Below, one piece after another: positions 63,856-64,000 of a stretch of DNA of 64,000 nt; position 1 is the first letter of the stretch; the number at the start of each line of letters is the position of its first letter. Source of the stretch: a virus. The position numbers and the translations under genes were made by a program. The stretch lies in IMG/VR virus record IMGVR_UViG_3300023116_000031, positions 9,823 through 73,822 of that record; one strand, given 5' to 3'. Under the pieces are notes generated by a model. It did no database searches. It saw only the letters and a list, made by a program, of their open reading frames with translations, and was not told the origin of the DNA.

Positions 63856-64000
63856 CAACAAGAGATCATGTAGCAAAACTTGTGCGTGAAGCATACGACT
63901 TGGGAGCTGAAGACTTCAAGCTCCAAACAAATGAAGATCCTAGAATCTCGATTATGATGATCGTAGACGAGATCATGCAGCGTTGTGGTTGTACCTGCAC

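Noticed and set aside
1-64000. Alternative genetic code or prophage/host junction
   Set aside because: Core genes are full length in the standard code and use all three stop codons; no integrase or cellular genes were seen

Overview
A 64-kb segment of a large lytic T4-like (Tevenvirinae/Kyanoviridae-type) myovirus genome. No cellular housekeeping genes, rRNA, tRNA, CRISPR array or integrase were seen. All calls come from motifs read by eye; no database searches were run. Layout: (i) 1-7.6 kb, late-promoter genes, including Sec-signal Cys-rich proteins and a minus-strand operon whose products start with T4-style capsid-targeting leaders. (ii) 7.6-19.4 kb, an early/accessory region of small ORFs with repeated promoter cassettes (IHF-consensus sites, TGAC-N5-GTCA boxes), a 28-bp inverted repeat pair that may mark an origin, phoH and a MoxR/CobS-like AAA+ ATPase. 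(iii) 19.4-33.4 kb, the replication module (g45, g44, g62, regA, dut, g43, uvsX, g40, g41), with a DUF262-HNH nuclease and an amidase endolysin inserted. (iv) 33.6-47.6 kb, a late/virion-associated block: two PD-(D/E)xK nucleases, a secreted alginate-lyase-fold protein, a ligase-superfamily protein, a HIGH nucleotidyltransferase, and a signal-peptide fibre between two spanin-like genes. (v) Primase, thyX, class II RNR and a RuvC-like nuclease. (vi) 52.8-62.7 kb, a 12-gene glycosylation/methylated-sugar cluster. The two best candidates for an undescribed system are (a) six Sec-exported, Cys-rich fibre/lectin/lyase-like proteins in late-gene regions of a lytic phage, and (b) a set of enzymes (nucleases, ligase-like NTase, HAD phosphatase) that carry capsid-targeting leaders, implying virion packaging and injection.
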